Shown here piece by piece: positions 32,888-41,388 of a stretch of 58,069 bases of DNA (position 1 is its first letter; each line of letters starts with the position of its first letter). The notes under the pieces are model-generated. The model saw only the letters and a program-made list of their open reading frames with translations. It was not told where the DNA came from and searched no databases. This DNA comes from an uncultured Gammaproteobacteria bacterium (GTDB lineage: Bacteria > Patescibacteriota > Microgenomatia > CAZETR01 > Amesbacteraceae). The position numbers and the translations under genes were made by a program. The stretch lies in NCBI GenBank assembly GCA_964633995.1, contig CAZWKN010000002.1, positions 179,119 through 237,187 of the forward strand. The letters are read 5' to 3'.

Positions 32888-34045
32888 TCATGTCTTTTGG
32901 TAGGTGGAGACGGTTAGGATATTGCCTGTGGAATAGAAATTTTGAAAGACCAGATCGTAACCTTCCCAAGGATCGTTCATCATGTAGTTTGAGCCAGATT
33001 TACCCTTGATAACAATGAAATGCCGCCCATATGAGGTACTTGTGGTTCTGATCTGAACTACAACTGGTCGCCCTGCAGACAATTCGGAATTGATGATGTT
33101 TAGGTCGCGGCCGTAATTGGTAAATTTGAATCCGGGTTGGGCTGGCCAGGGGATGAGCATTAAGTCCTGGAAGAAATAACTTGAATTTCTGGCAATAACA
33201 CCAGGGTTGGTATCTACGCCATTTTTCTTTTGCATCATGGCAATGCTGGTTATCAGACAACCCACTTCCCAAACGAAACTGGGGGAATTTGAACAAGTAG
33301 TGCCGATGCATTGATTACCCCATCGCTCATCTCGCTGGCTAAAAAACCAGCCATCAGGTTGAGGCTGTGGAGGAAGAATATTGCCACCTTTGGCGTGGGC
33401 GAAAGCTCTGAAAGAATCTCGCTCGGCAATAGCCTGACTTAATAATTTTTGATAGGTGGCTTCGTCGTTTCTGGTTTGAGAAAGCAGACGATCGCGATCT
33501 TTTCTTAGGCTGGCAAGTGAGGTTTGTTGAGCTATTAATCTTTTTTTGGAATCCTCGATCAGGGTCTTTTGCTGGCCGTAATTGCTCTGAACTTTTTGAG
33601 TATCGTGCAAGAACTTGCGATTGTTTAACTGAAGAAGCTGAGAGTATTTAAATCTGGAAATGATCTCCGAAAAGCTAGTCGACGAAAACAAAATTTGCAT
33701 GGGGTCGATACTCCCCTGCTTATAAGTTTGGACTATCTGTTTTTCTAAGACTTCAGATCTACTTTGGAGTTTGTCTTCTAAAAGTAGAATTTTGGAAGTG
33801 ATAGAGGTTATGAGTTCCTCGGTTTGGGATATTTTTAAGGACGTTAGACTAATTTGCCCGTCATAATAGGCAATTTGGCCGGCTAGAGTTTGGGAGGTCT
33901 GCTGCGCGGCAGAAATCTTGGCTTCCAGATCGGCAATTTCTTTGGCATATTCTTCTTCCGTCTTGGCAAATGCGGGGTGAGCTGGCAAAAAGATAAGCCC
34001 CAAGGTTAAAATGATAAGAAGTAGGCAGAAAATTTTTTTGGTCAT
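32888..34045 (-). CDS. PcsB/CwlO-like putative peptidoglycan hydrolase: N-terminal coiled-coil plus C-terminal papain-like (C39-like/CHAP-like) cysteine peptidase domain.
   Basis: Signal/anchor, then heptad-rich region aa ~30-200. The C-terminal domain has VGCLITSIAMM (Cys) and GRHFIVIKG (His). It sits immediately downstream of ftsEX with an ATGA overlap. Confidence 0.6.
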   Translation of the reverse strand: MTKKIFCLLLIILTLGLIFLPAHPAFAKTEEEYAKEIADLEAKISAAQQTSQTLAGQIAYYDGQISLTSLKISQTEELITSITSKILLLEDKLQSRSEVLEKQIVQTYKQGSIDPMQILFSSTSFSEIISRFKYSQLLQLNNRKFLHDTQKVQSNYGQQKTLIEDSKKRLIAQQTSLASLRKDRDRLLSQTRNDEATYQKLLSQAIAERDSFRAFAHAKGGNILPPQPQPDGWFFSQRDERWGNQCIGTTCSNSPSFVWEVGCLITSIAMMQKKNGVDTNPGVIARNSSYFFQDLMLIPWPAQPGFKFTNYGRDLNIINSELSAGRPVVVQIRTTSTSYGRHFIVIKGKSGSNYMMNDPWEGYDLVFQNFYSTGNILTVSTYQKT

Positions 34046-34920
34046 GACTTTAGGAAACGTCGAACGGCAGTGGCTCCGCCGATACCACCGACCAACGCCC
34101 CTAAAGCCAGCTCGACTCCCAAAACTTCAAACATAAAAAATACTGGGGGCGGCAATATGGGAATGCCAGCCAAAAAACTAACCAAAAAACCCATGGAATA
34201 TAAAAGAATGAGATAAGTGATGCCCCAAGCGATAATGGCCCCAAAAACACCGTAAAGGACACCTTCCCAGATAAAGGGTGATGATATGTATCCTGAGGTA
34301 GCGCCGATTAACTGAAGCGTAAGAACTTCTTCCCTGCGATTGGCAACTTTGATCCCGATGATCAAAAGAATTATGACGAAAGTGATAAAAACGTGAGCAC
34401 CAACCAGAGACGCACCAATGGCTCTAACCGATTTGGTCCAAAGAGTAAGTGAGTCAACTATGTCTTGTGCGAATTGGACGTCTTCGATATCTGGTTCTTT
34501 TTTAAGTAGTGTTGCCAATTCCGGAAGATCCTGAGGATTTTTGGCTGAGACTTCGATTGAGGCTGGTAGCATGCTGGACGTAACCGCCTCTAAAAGAAGA
34601 GGGTTTGATTTGTTGAGATCTTTGTAGATACGTAAGGCGTCTTCTTTGGATACGTAAGTTACTACGTCTGCTTTGCCGGTTCCTACAAGAAGAGTTTTTA
34701 TTCTCTCTATGTCCTGGGGTTTAGGAATAATGTCCTGTTTGTAAAAGGCGTTTACTTGGGGGCGGGTTTCGAAATACTTAAGAATTGCCTGGGAGCCAGC
34801 GGCAACAAGAAAAAAAACACTAGCCAAAAACAAGGTCATGGTCATAATGGAGACAGCAGCCATAGTCTGATAGGGCGCTCGACGGATCCTTTGGAGGGCT
34901 ATCTTAATTGCTTTGGTCAT
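34042..34920 (-). CDS. ftsX: Cell-division ABC transporter permease FtsX.
   Basis: 292 aa: N-terminal TM, a periplasmic loop domain, then three C-terminal TM helices (FtsX-like permease). It follows ftsE with a 17-nt overlap. Confidence 0.85.
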   Translation of the reverse strand: MTKAIKIALQRIRRAPYQTMAAVSIMTMTLFLASVFFLVAAGSQAILKYFETRPQVNAFYKQDIIPKPQDIERIKTLLVGTGKADVVTYVSKEDALRIYKDLNKSNPLLLEAVTSSMLPASIEVSAKNPQDLPELATLLKKEPDIEDVQFAQDIVDSLTLWTKSVRAIGASLVGAHVFITFVIILLIIGIKVANRREEVLTLQLIGATSGYISSPFIWEGVLYGVFGAIIAWGITYLILLYSMGFLVSFLAGIPILPPPVFFMFEVLGVELALGALVGGIGGATAVRRFLKS

Positions 34921-35590
34921 ACTTGCCTTTTAACTCGTCTTTGGTGAGCTTGCCACCTTCTAACAGGATAACTCTAAGTGACTGGTTGTTTACAAGGCCT
35001 TCATTGTGAGTGGCCATTAAAACAGTGGTTTTGAGTTCGGAGTGAATATCTTTGAGCAATTTAAAAATTGACTTGGCGGTTTTGGGATCTAGGTTTCCGG
35101 TCGGCTCATCGGCCAAAATTAGTTTTGGCTTACCTACAATGGCTCTGGCTATGGCGACGCGCTGAAGTTCTCCCCCGGATAGTTGAGAAGGAAACAACAG
35201 TGCCCTGTCCGTAAGGCCAACCATCTCCAAGGCAATTTTGACGGCCGCGACAATATCCGACCCCCGAACGTTTCTTACCTCAAGAGGCAAAGAAATGTTT
35301 TCCCAAACGTTGCGATCCGGCAATAGCCGAAAATCCTGAAAAACCGTACCAATGTTCCTCCTAAAAGCTGGGAGATGAGAAGGTTTTATTTTTGACAGAT
35401 CCTGACTATCGACGGTGAGGCTACCGGAATCTGCCTTGAGGTCGCGAAGAATTAATTTTAGGAGGGTAGTTTTTCCGGATCCGGATGGGCCGGTTAGAAA
35501 AACAAACTCGCCAGGTTCAACAGAAAAGCTCACCTCGGACAAGGCAGATATGGGGCCAAATTTTTTGGTTAGTTTGTTCGCCTTGACCAT
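34904..35590 (-). CDS. ftsE: Cell-division ATP-binding protein FtsE.
   Basis: Walker A GPSGSGKTT, signature LSGGELQRV, Walker B LILADEPTGNLD. Confidence 0.9.
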   Translation of the reverse strand: MVKANKLTKKFGPISALSEVSFSVEPGEFVFLTGPSGSGKTTLLKLILRDLKADSGSLTVDSQDLSKIKPSHLPAFRRNIGTVFQDFRLLPDRNVWENISLPLEVRNVRGSDIVAAVKIALEMVGLTDRALLFPSQLSGGELQRVAIARAIVGKPKLILADEPTGNLDPKTAKSIFKLLKDIHSELKTTVLMATHNEGLVNNQSLRVILLEGGKLTKDELKGKYDQSN

Positions 35591-35611
35591 GGCAGGATTG
35601 GTACTTAACTA

Positions 35612-36049
35612 TTATTCTACGAGAGTCACGCGGCCGACGTCCATAAGCCAGGCTGCTTTTTGGGCTTTGACGGTCTGGCCGAATACTTCTACTTTTTTAC
35701 CAATGAACTGATCCAGGTCAACAATCGAGGAAATAAGATAGACTGTTTGGCTAGGGCCACCATCGCGAACCAGGTTATGGGTCCCCTCACCCTTTAGACC
35801 ACCCGCGTTAATAACTCCAGTGGCGTTGTCGCTAAACGTCTTGGTGTCCATGGAACCGACCGTGTTGGCAGATTTGACAACATCATTACTACCAGACTGA
35901 GTGATTTTGGATGATTTGACGGGAAGTTTAGTAAGTAAAAAACCAGTAACGACACCCAACAATACGAGGGTTAAAATTGCACCGACAAATTTGGGCCACG
36001 ATGGGGGCGGTGGAGTAGGAACTGGACTTGGGTTAATCAGGTTTTCCAT
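35612..36049 (-). CDS. Membrane-anchored protein; function unknown.
   Basis: 145-aa ORF with a Pro-rich N-terminus, one TM helix (FVGAILTLVLLGVVTGFLL) and a small C-terminal domain. Confidence 0.5.
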   Translation of the reverse strand: MENLINPSPVPTPPPPSWPKFVGAILTLVLLGVVTGFLLTKLPVKSSKITQSGSNDVVKSANTVGSMDTKTFSDNATGVINAGGLKGEGTHNLVRDGGPSQTVYLISSIVDLDQFIGKKVEVFGQTVKAQKAAWLMDVGRVTLVE

Positions 36050-36601
36050 CTAACTTTGAGTATAGCATATTAGATACTCGTGATTCCCCCCTTTTTCGCC
36101 AACAATTGGCGACTCTAAAATAGCACTTATTGCGTAGTGCATAGCGCGTAATTCGGAAACCGTTTTTTGGGCAATTTCAAAAGCCTCTTGCTGCGAAAGA
36201 TGAGGATTTTTAGCTTCATAATGGGGCTTTAATAAAGAGATAATTTGACCTTGGGGTTTTAGCAGACTTGCGGCATGAGGAAAAATTAATTTTTGGGGAG
36301 TCCAACCTACGTCTATGGAAATAAAATCAACTGGTTCCGACAAAGTGACATGCATGGCGTTTTGTCTTTCAAAGACTACCACCCGGGGGTCTATGCGCAA
36401 TTTATAATCCAACACTCCATAGCCTGTGTCTACGGAATAAATTTTACCGGCTCCACGACGCAAAAGACAATCGGTAAAACCTCCGGTGCTACAGCCCAAA
36501 TCGGCACAAATTTTCTCATTAACATCGATTCCGAATTGGTCCAAGGCGAATTCAAGTTTTTGACCGGCACGAGAAGCGTATGTTGAGTTTTTCAGTTGCA
36601 C
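36050..36601 (-). CDS. tlyA: TlyA-family rRNA 2'-O-methyltransferase (FtsJ-like) without the N-terminal S4 domain.
   Basis: YASRAGQKLEFALDQFGIDVNEKICADLGCSTGGFTDCLLRRGAGKIYSVDTGYG is a clear TlyA methyltransferase core. GTG start at 36601 lies inside the octamer repeat array. Confidence 0.75.
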   Translation of the reverse strand: MQLKNSTYASRAGQKLEFALDQFGIDVNEKICADLGCSTGGFTDCLLRRGAGKIYSVDTGYGVLDYKLRIDPRVVVFERQNAMHVTLSEPVDFISIDVGWTPQKLIFPHAASLLKPQGQIISLLKPHYEAKNPHLSQQEAFEIAQKTVSELRAMHYAISAILESPIVGEKGGNHEYLICYTQS

Positions 36602-36642
36602 AGTTTTACAGTTGGCCAGTTAAGTTGGCTAGTTAGTTAGTT
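36593..36642. repeat. Octamer tandem array, copy 1: CAGTTgca CAGTTtta CAGTTggc CAGTTAAGTTggctagttagttagtt.
   Basis: CAGTT at 36593, 36601, 36609 and 36617 (exact 8-nt period), then AGTT repeats. It spans the tlyA start and the prfB stop. Confidence 0.85.
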
Positions 36643-37708
36643 GCCTGAGTTCGGCGTCGATAAATAAATCCAGGTCACCGTCCAGAACAGACTCGGCTTG
36701 GGAAGTTTCTACTTGAGTGCGCAGATCTTTGACTAATTTGTAAGGGTGCAGGACGTAAGAGCGGATTTGGGTGCCCCAGGAAGCGGTGACAAATTTTCCT
36801 TTGAGTTCTTTTTGAGTGGCCGCCACTTCTTCCTGGCGTTTTTGCCAAAGTTTGGCTTTAAGTAGTGACAAGGCGATTTTTCGATTTTGTTCCTGCGATC
36901 TTTGGGTCTGACAGGTGACTGAAAGTCCTGTAGGTTTGTGGGTAAGTCTGACGGCGGTGGACACCTTGTTGACGTTTTGACCACCATGGCCACCCGACCT
37001 AAAAGCTTCAAATTCAATTTCATCCTCGGGAATATGAATATTTTCATCTTCGTCTGGCAACTCGGGCATGATTTCCACTAATGCAAACGATGTTTGCCTT
37101 AACGCGTCGGCATTGAAGGGTGATTGCCGAACCAGACGATGAGTTCCCTTTTCCCCCGAGAGATATCCATAGGCGTAAGAACCGGCGATTGAAAGTGTGA
37201 CAGATTTGAGACCAGCTTCTTCACCGGGTATCTGATCCACCACTTCGACCTGCCAACCCCGATTCTCACAAAACTTGATATACATGCGAAGAAGCATGGA
37301 TACCCAATCCATGGCCTCGGTGCCACCCTGGCCAGCGTGAATATTGAGTATTGCGTTGGACATGTCGTATGGGCCATTGAGAAAAGTCCTGATTTCTAGC
37401 TGACTTAACTTTTTTTCCAGTCTTTTGACGTCTTTTTCCAGATGGGGATCATCGGGCATTAACTCGCCTAAGACGCTTAAATCGCTTAAGTCGCTGGAGA
37501 GTAAGTCTATTTCTTTTTGTTCGTTTTGAAGTGCGGCCAAGCGCTTCATTACAGCCTGAGCGGCCTGGGAATCCGACCAGAATTCTGGATCTGCCGACTT
37601 GTGTTCAAGTTCCTGAATTTGTTTTGCGCGGAGATCGGGATCAAGTTTGACCTTGATTTGAGAAAGCCTGGTTTGAAGATCAAGTAGTAGGGGTTTTAAA
37701 TCGGCCAT
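36629..37708 (-). CDS. prfB: Peptide chain release factor 2, encoded in a single frame.
   Basis: SPF motif (RQSPFNADA), GGQ motif ([12 protein letters not shown]), 359 aa, no internal frameshift site needed. Confidence 0.95.
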   Translation of the reverse strand: MADLKPLLLDLQTRLSQIKVKLDPDLRAKQIQELEHKSADPEFWSDSQAAQAVMKRLAALQNEQKEIDLLSSDLSDLSVLGELMPDDPHLEKDVKRLEKKLSQLEIRTFLNGPYDMSNAILNIHAGQGGTEAMDWVSMLLRMYIKFCENRGWQVEVVDQIPGEEAGLKSVTLSIAGSYAYGYLSGEKGTHRLVRQSPFNADALRQTSFALVEIMPELPDEDENIHIPEDEIEFEAFRSGGHGGQNVNKVSTAVRLTHKPTGLSVTCQTQRSQEQNRKIALSLLKAKLWQKRQEEVAATQKELKGKFVTASWGTQIRSYVLHPYKLVKDLRTQVETSQAESVLDGDLDLFIDAELRQLTN

Positions 37709-37721
37709 GTTATGAGTTTTA

Positions 37722-37760
37722 CAGTTATCCAGTTTTACAGTTTTTCAGTTAAGTTAACTA
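37722..37760. repeat. Octamer tandem array, copy 2: CAGTTatc CAGTTtta CAGTTttt CAGTTAAGTTaacta.
   Basis: CAGTT at 37722, 37730, 37738 and 37746. Same orientation as copy 1. It overlaps the stop codon of the four-helix-bundle gene. Confidence 0.85.
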
Positions 37761-38117
37761 ATGATTTAATTTGTTAAGTATTGACGAAAAAAGACGAAGA
37801 TACTCGTCTGCTTCAGATTTTAACATTTTGGCTTCGTTTGCTAGATTTGGAACTGTATTCTCAATTATTTCCAACCAGTAAATCGATTCCTTACTCTCTT
37901 TGCGACAAATTTTTAACCGCATATAAAAATCTTTCCCGCCCAGTGACTCGTTCGCCTCTATGTAATTAGCCCCCACTGAACTTCCCGAACGACTTAACTG
38001 ATCAGATAAATTTTGATTTATCCTGTCTTTGGGGAGTTTTTTACAAAATAAAATTATTTTTTTAGAAAATCCCAGTAGACGAGTTTGGAGTTGTTGGGCA
38101 AATTCACGGTTATCCAC
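37758..38117 (-). CDS. Four-helix-bundle protein (23S rRNA intervening-sequence protein / Avd-like family).
   Basis: SGSSVGANYIEANESLGGKDFYMRLKICRKESKESIYWLEII is characteristic of this family. 119 aa, GTG start. Confidence 0.85.
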   Translation of the reverse strand: MDNREFAQQLQTRLLGFSKKIILFCKKLPKDRINQNLSDQLSRSGSSVGANYIEANESLGGKDFYMRLKICRKESKESIYWLEIIENTVPNLANEAKMLKSEADEYLRLFSSILNKLNH

Positions 38118-38120
38118 AGA

Positions 38121-38165
38121 TCTAACTATCGTCCTTAACTGGTCAACTGTGCAACTGGTAAACTG
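38121..38165. repeat. Octamer tandem array, copy 3, inverted orientation. Its reverse complement reads CAGTTtac CAGTTgca CAGTTgac CAGTTAAGgacgatAGTTAGa.
   Basis: AACTG at 38137, 38145, 38153 and 38161 on the plus strand (8-nt period). Confidence 0.85.
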
Positions 38166-38170
38166 TAAAA

Positions 38171-38527
38171 CTACTTTGCAGACGGTGATGCTGGGGCGCA
38201 GATGATCTGCTGGATCTGCTTGACTTGATCGGGGGGAAGGCCTTGGATGACATCCACTAGCTTTCCTATACTTTCATTAGTAATTTTTACTCCCAGCACA
38301 ACCGGTGAATTCTTGTCTGGGTGAGTAACCAGGTTGTCCAGAGCTAAGCTAAGTTGACCGCCTACACTTGAGACATCGACTTTTTTAAAATCGACCAATT
38401 TTTTGACATCTGAAAAACTGGTTATTTTGGGAATTTGAGGAATCTTGCCGCCATGAAGAGTGAAATACCAGCCAACTCCGACTACCACCCCGGCAATAAT
38501 TAACATCTTAAACAAAAATCCAAACAT
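38171..38527 (-). CDS. N-terminally anchored small protein; function unknown.
   Basis: 118-aa ORF with TM helix MLIIAGVVVGVGWYF. A 7-bp hairpin (gtgatat-ttatc-atatcac, 38528-38546) abuts its ATG. Confidence 0.5.
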   Translation of the reverse strand: MFGFLFKMLIIAGVVVGVGWYFTLHGGKIPQIPKITSFSDVKKLVDFKKVDVSSVGGQLSLALDNLVTHPDKNSPVVLGVKITNESIGKLVDVIQGLPPDQVKQIQQIICAPASPSAK

Positions 38528-38557
38528 GTGATATTTATCATATCACGCTGGATAAAA

Positions 38558-39178
38558 TTAGACCGCTTTTACCAAGTACGTGACCCAAGGACTGTTGCCT
38601 GGCTCAATTCTTCTTTTATGAACTACTTCAAAACCAACAGCTTTCAGGTCGTTTTCAAATTCGCTTTGACTCCAGAGTGAATAATGACGTCCGGGGCGAC
38701 TTTCCAACATATCTTCCGAGCCTTCCATGATCGAAATAAATCCAATTCCACCTGTTTTTATCACACGGTGGACATCGTCTAGGGCATTATGTAATTTGTT
38801 TTTTGGAAGATGAATTATCATGGCGGATATCCAAAAGCCATCGAAGACATGGGGAGGAAAATCTAAGCTATAAATGTCCATAAGACGTAAGTCTGCCCCG
38901 GGATTTCTGGATTTGGCAATTTTGAGTAAACCCGAAGAGGCGTCTATGCCTGTATAGTTTTCGATACCGTAATGTTTTATAAGCTGAATTGCGTCACCGC
39001 CATGACCTGTTCCTATTTCTAATATTTTTCCCTGATGGACAAGCTGAAATAACAACTCCATTTCGGGTTGAAACATAAGATGTCCTCCGGTTAGCCCATG
39101 CTTTTGCGACCACAACTCCGCATTGTCGTCATACCATTTGATTGTTTTCTCTTCCTCGGATGTTAGCTTGTTTCCCAT
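38558..39178 (-). CDS. Class I SAM-dependent methyltransferase.
   Basis: ILEIGTGHGGDAIQL (motif I) and FDGFWISAMIIHLP (motif II/III region). Confidence 0.75.
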   Translation of the reverse strand: MGNKLTSEEEKTIKWYDDNAELWSQKHGLTGGHLMFQPEMELLFQLVHQGKILEIGTGHGGDAIQLIKHYGIENYTGIDASSGLLKIAKSRNPGADLRLMDIYSLDFPPHVFDGFWISAMIIHLPKNKLHNALDDVHRVIKTGGIGFISIMEGSEDMLESRPGRHYSLWSQSEFENDLKAVGFEVVHKRRIEPGNSPWVTYLVKAV

Positions 39179-39180
39179 AT

Positions 39181-40212
39181 TTACGGTTGGCAGAGGTCGG
39201 GGTATATCATTGGGATGGTTTCTAGTATTTTTTTGGTGACTTCTTCGACGTTTGAATTGTTGAACCTGGCGGCGGAGGCAGGTTTGTGACCACCACCACC
39301 AAACTCTTTGGCAATAATAGAAACATCTCTAAAATCTGCCGGATTGTTTGACCTGAAACTGACGCTTATAGTCCCCGGTGTTCTTTCGGAGAGGATAACT
39401 GCAATCGAACAGTCATTACAACTGGAGAGCTGGTAGGCAATAAAGGCATAAACGTCTCCGATCAGGTCGGGATTGTATCCATTTTCTACTAATTTGGAAT
39501 GCGGAAGCGCAGTGACAATAACTTTCCCCCCGAAATACTTAGTTAAAGTTGAAAGGCCAAGTCCTAAAAGGCGAAGGCTGTCCGCGGGAAGCGAAATGAC
39601 TGAAAACACTATTTTGGGAAAATCGATGCCTAAATCGAGTAGTTTTGCCGCTATTTCATAAGATCTCGAAGTGGTTGCAGGGAATCTAAAACCGCCCGTA
39701 TCGCTATATATCCCCGCATAAATGGCTGAAGCAATGTCTTTGTCTAAAAGCTTCTCGTCTTTTTGAGATATTAATTCGAATACTATCTCCGCGGTGGAAC
39801 TAATCATAGGTTCGATCAAACTCATATCGCCATACCCATCGTTAGTTTTGTGATGGTCTATGACCAGGGTTGGAATGGGGAGAGGAAATTTTAATTCGAT
39901 TTTTCTAGTTATGTGAGTAATTGGACCGGTATCTAGAGCAATAAACAGATCAAAATCATGTAAGTTTATTTGTGAAAAATCTTGAACAAGAATTTCGTCG
40001 AATCCCTTCAGATAGCTTAGTGTTTGAAGTGGGGGGTCGTCTCCTGAAATTAAAGTTGCTTTCTTGCCCATTTTTTCCAATACCAATTTCATCGCGAGAG
40101 CTGAGCCCACTGAATCAGGGTCGGGACTGGCATGGCAATGGAGGAGAATTTTATTGGCCTTTTGGATTTCTGCCCAAATGGCCGGAGCTAGTTTTTTAAC
40201 CTGATCACTCAC
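39181..40212 (-). CDS. DHH/DHHA1 family phosphoesterase (NrnA-like oligoribonuclease / pAp phosphatase).
   Basis: HASPDPDSVGS, LVIDHHKTN (DHH) and FGGGGHKPASAA (DHHA1 GGGH). GTG start. Confidence 0.8.
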   Translation of the reverse strand: MSDQVKKLAPAIWAEIQKANKILLHCHASPDPDSVGSALAMKLVLEKMGKKATLISGDDPPLQTLSYLKGFDEILVQDFSQINLHDFDLFIALDTGPITHITRKIELKFPLPIPTLVIDHHKTNDGYGDMSLIEPMISSTAEIVFELISQKDEKLLDKDIASAIYAGIYSDTGGFRFPATTSRSYEIAAKLLDLGIDFPKIVFSVISLPADSLRLLGLGLSTLTKYFGGKVIVTALPHSKLVENGYNPDLIGDVYAFIAYQLSSCNDCSIAVILSERTPGTISVSFRSNNPADFRDVSIIAKEFGGGGHKPASAARFNNSNVEEVTKKILETIPMIYPDLCQP

Positions 40213-40224
40213 GACTCAAGTATT

Positions 40225-40821
40225 TTAGTCGTTGTCTAGGCTTTTCCACAAGTACCAGCAGGCCAGCGTCCTGAATGGCTTCCACGAATTGCTTGTTTTG
40301 AGCATATTGTTTTTTAGATTTTTATTGTCTTTAAGCTTGTAGAGTTTTATCATGGCGTTTTGAATACCCCGATCGTCAAGCGGCATGACGTCTGGACGGT
40401 GGAGTGTGAACATGAGTTTCATGTGGGCTGTCCAAGGGCCAATGCCTTTTACCTGGGTAAGGTGACTTACGACCTCGACGTCGGTCAGAGTTTCTAAGTT
40501 TTCCAGTTGCACAGTTTTGTCTAATATTTTCTGGGAAAGGTCTTTAAGGGAGCGGATTTTGGCCCAGGAGGTACCGGCTGCGCGAAGTTGAGCGTCTTGT
40601 GTGGCCAGTAGGGAAGCAGGATCGATTTTCGTAATTTTGAGAACCCGATTATAGATCGTATCAGCGGCTTTGTTTGAGAGTTGTTGGCCGATAATTGTGG
40701 AAACTAAATTTTCAAACCTATCTTTGGGTTTGGAGTAGTTGATAATGCCAAATTTGTCGATAAGCGTGGCTAAAATCGGATCGTGGCGAAGGTGCTCGAG
40801 ACCCCTATGAAGATTCTGCAT
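40225..40821 (-). CDS. HhH-GPD superfamily DNA glycosylase (3-methyladenine DNA glycosylase II, AlkA-like).
   Basis: LTQVKGIGPWTAHMKLMF (HhH-GPD loop) followed by PLDDRGIQ (catalytic Asp region). Confidence 0.75.
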   Translation of the reverse strand: MQNLHRGLEHLRHDPILATLIDKFGIINYSKPKDRFENLVSTIIGQQLSNKAADTIYNRVLKITKIDPASLLATQDAQLRAAGTSWAKIRSLKDLSQKILDKTVQLENLETLTDVEVVSHLTQVKGIGPWTAHMKLMFTLHRPDVMPLDDRGIQNAMIKLYKLKDNKNLKNNMLKTSNSWKPFRTLACWYLWKSLDND

Positions 40822-41350
40822 ATATTTTGGCTAGGTGTTTTTTGGCCCGATACATTTTACCCTCCACGCTTCTGGGATTTAGATGCAGTTTGAGGGAGAT
40901 TTGTCTAAGACTTAATTCTTCGTAATACCTTAAGTGAAGTAGTTGGCGATATTCTTTTGGGAGTAGATCCAAACAACGATTAACGCGGGTTTTAAGTTCA
41001 TCTAGGGCTAATTTTTCCTCGGGTGAAATATCGGGGTCGATAATTTTATTTATTTCCTCTGACAGCGGAACTATGATTTTAGAGCGATGGCGAACCTGGT
41101 CCCTGTAGTAATCCGAAAGTTTATTGAGAGCAATTTTACAGATCCAGGTAAAATAGGTGCTCTTGCTGTGAAAAGTATGAAAAGATTGGTATGTGGCTAC
41201 AAAGGCGTCTTGAAGAACGGCTTCGGCGACTTCTAGGTCCCCACCATTTCTTTTGAGGAGGAATTTTAGGATTTTTTGACCTAGATTTTTGTAGAGAAAA
41301 TCAATCGAGGAGTTGAGCTTGGTGTTCATGTTGGCTTTATAAGTATACAA
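40805..41350 (-). CDS. ECF-type sigma-70 family RNA polymerase sigma factor.
   Basis: Region 2 (AEAVLQDAFVATYQSF..FTWICKIALN) and region 4 (YRQLLHLRYYEELSLRQISLKL..VEGKMYRAKKHL). The track start is TTG 41350; an in-frame ATG occurs at 41329. Confidence 0.8.
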   Translation of the reverse strand: MYTYKANMNTKLNSSIDFLYKNLGQKILKFLLKRNGGDLEVAEAVLQDAFVATYQSFHTFHSKSTYFTWICKIALNKLSDYYRDQVRHRSKIIVPLSEEINKIIDPDISPEEKLALDELKTRVNRCLDLLPKEYRQLLHLRYYEELSLRQISLKLHLNPRSVEGKMYRAKKHLAKIYAESS

Positions 41351-41388
41351 CGTGGTAGAATAAGGTGCGCTTGGAAGGCGCTTTTATT

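Noticed and set aside
36629-37708. Programmed +1 frameshift in prfB.
   Set aside because: RF2 is encoded by one continuous 359-aa frame starting at ATG 37708. No CUU-UGA-type shift site is needed.
37758-38117. Diversity-generating retroelement, because the four-helix-bundle protein belongs to the Avd-like family.
   Set aside because: There is no reverse transcriptase ORF anywhere in the window. I could not identify a template/variable repeat pair or a C-type-lectin-fold target gene nearby.
36593-38165. CRISPR array.
   Set aside because: The periodic units are 8 nt with 3-nt variable parts, far too short for CRISPR repeats and spacers. No cas genes are present.
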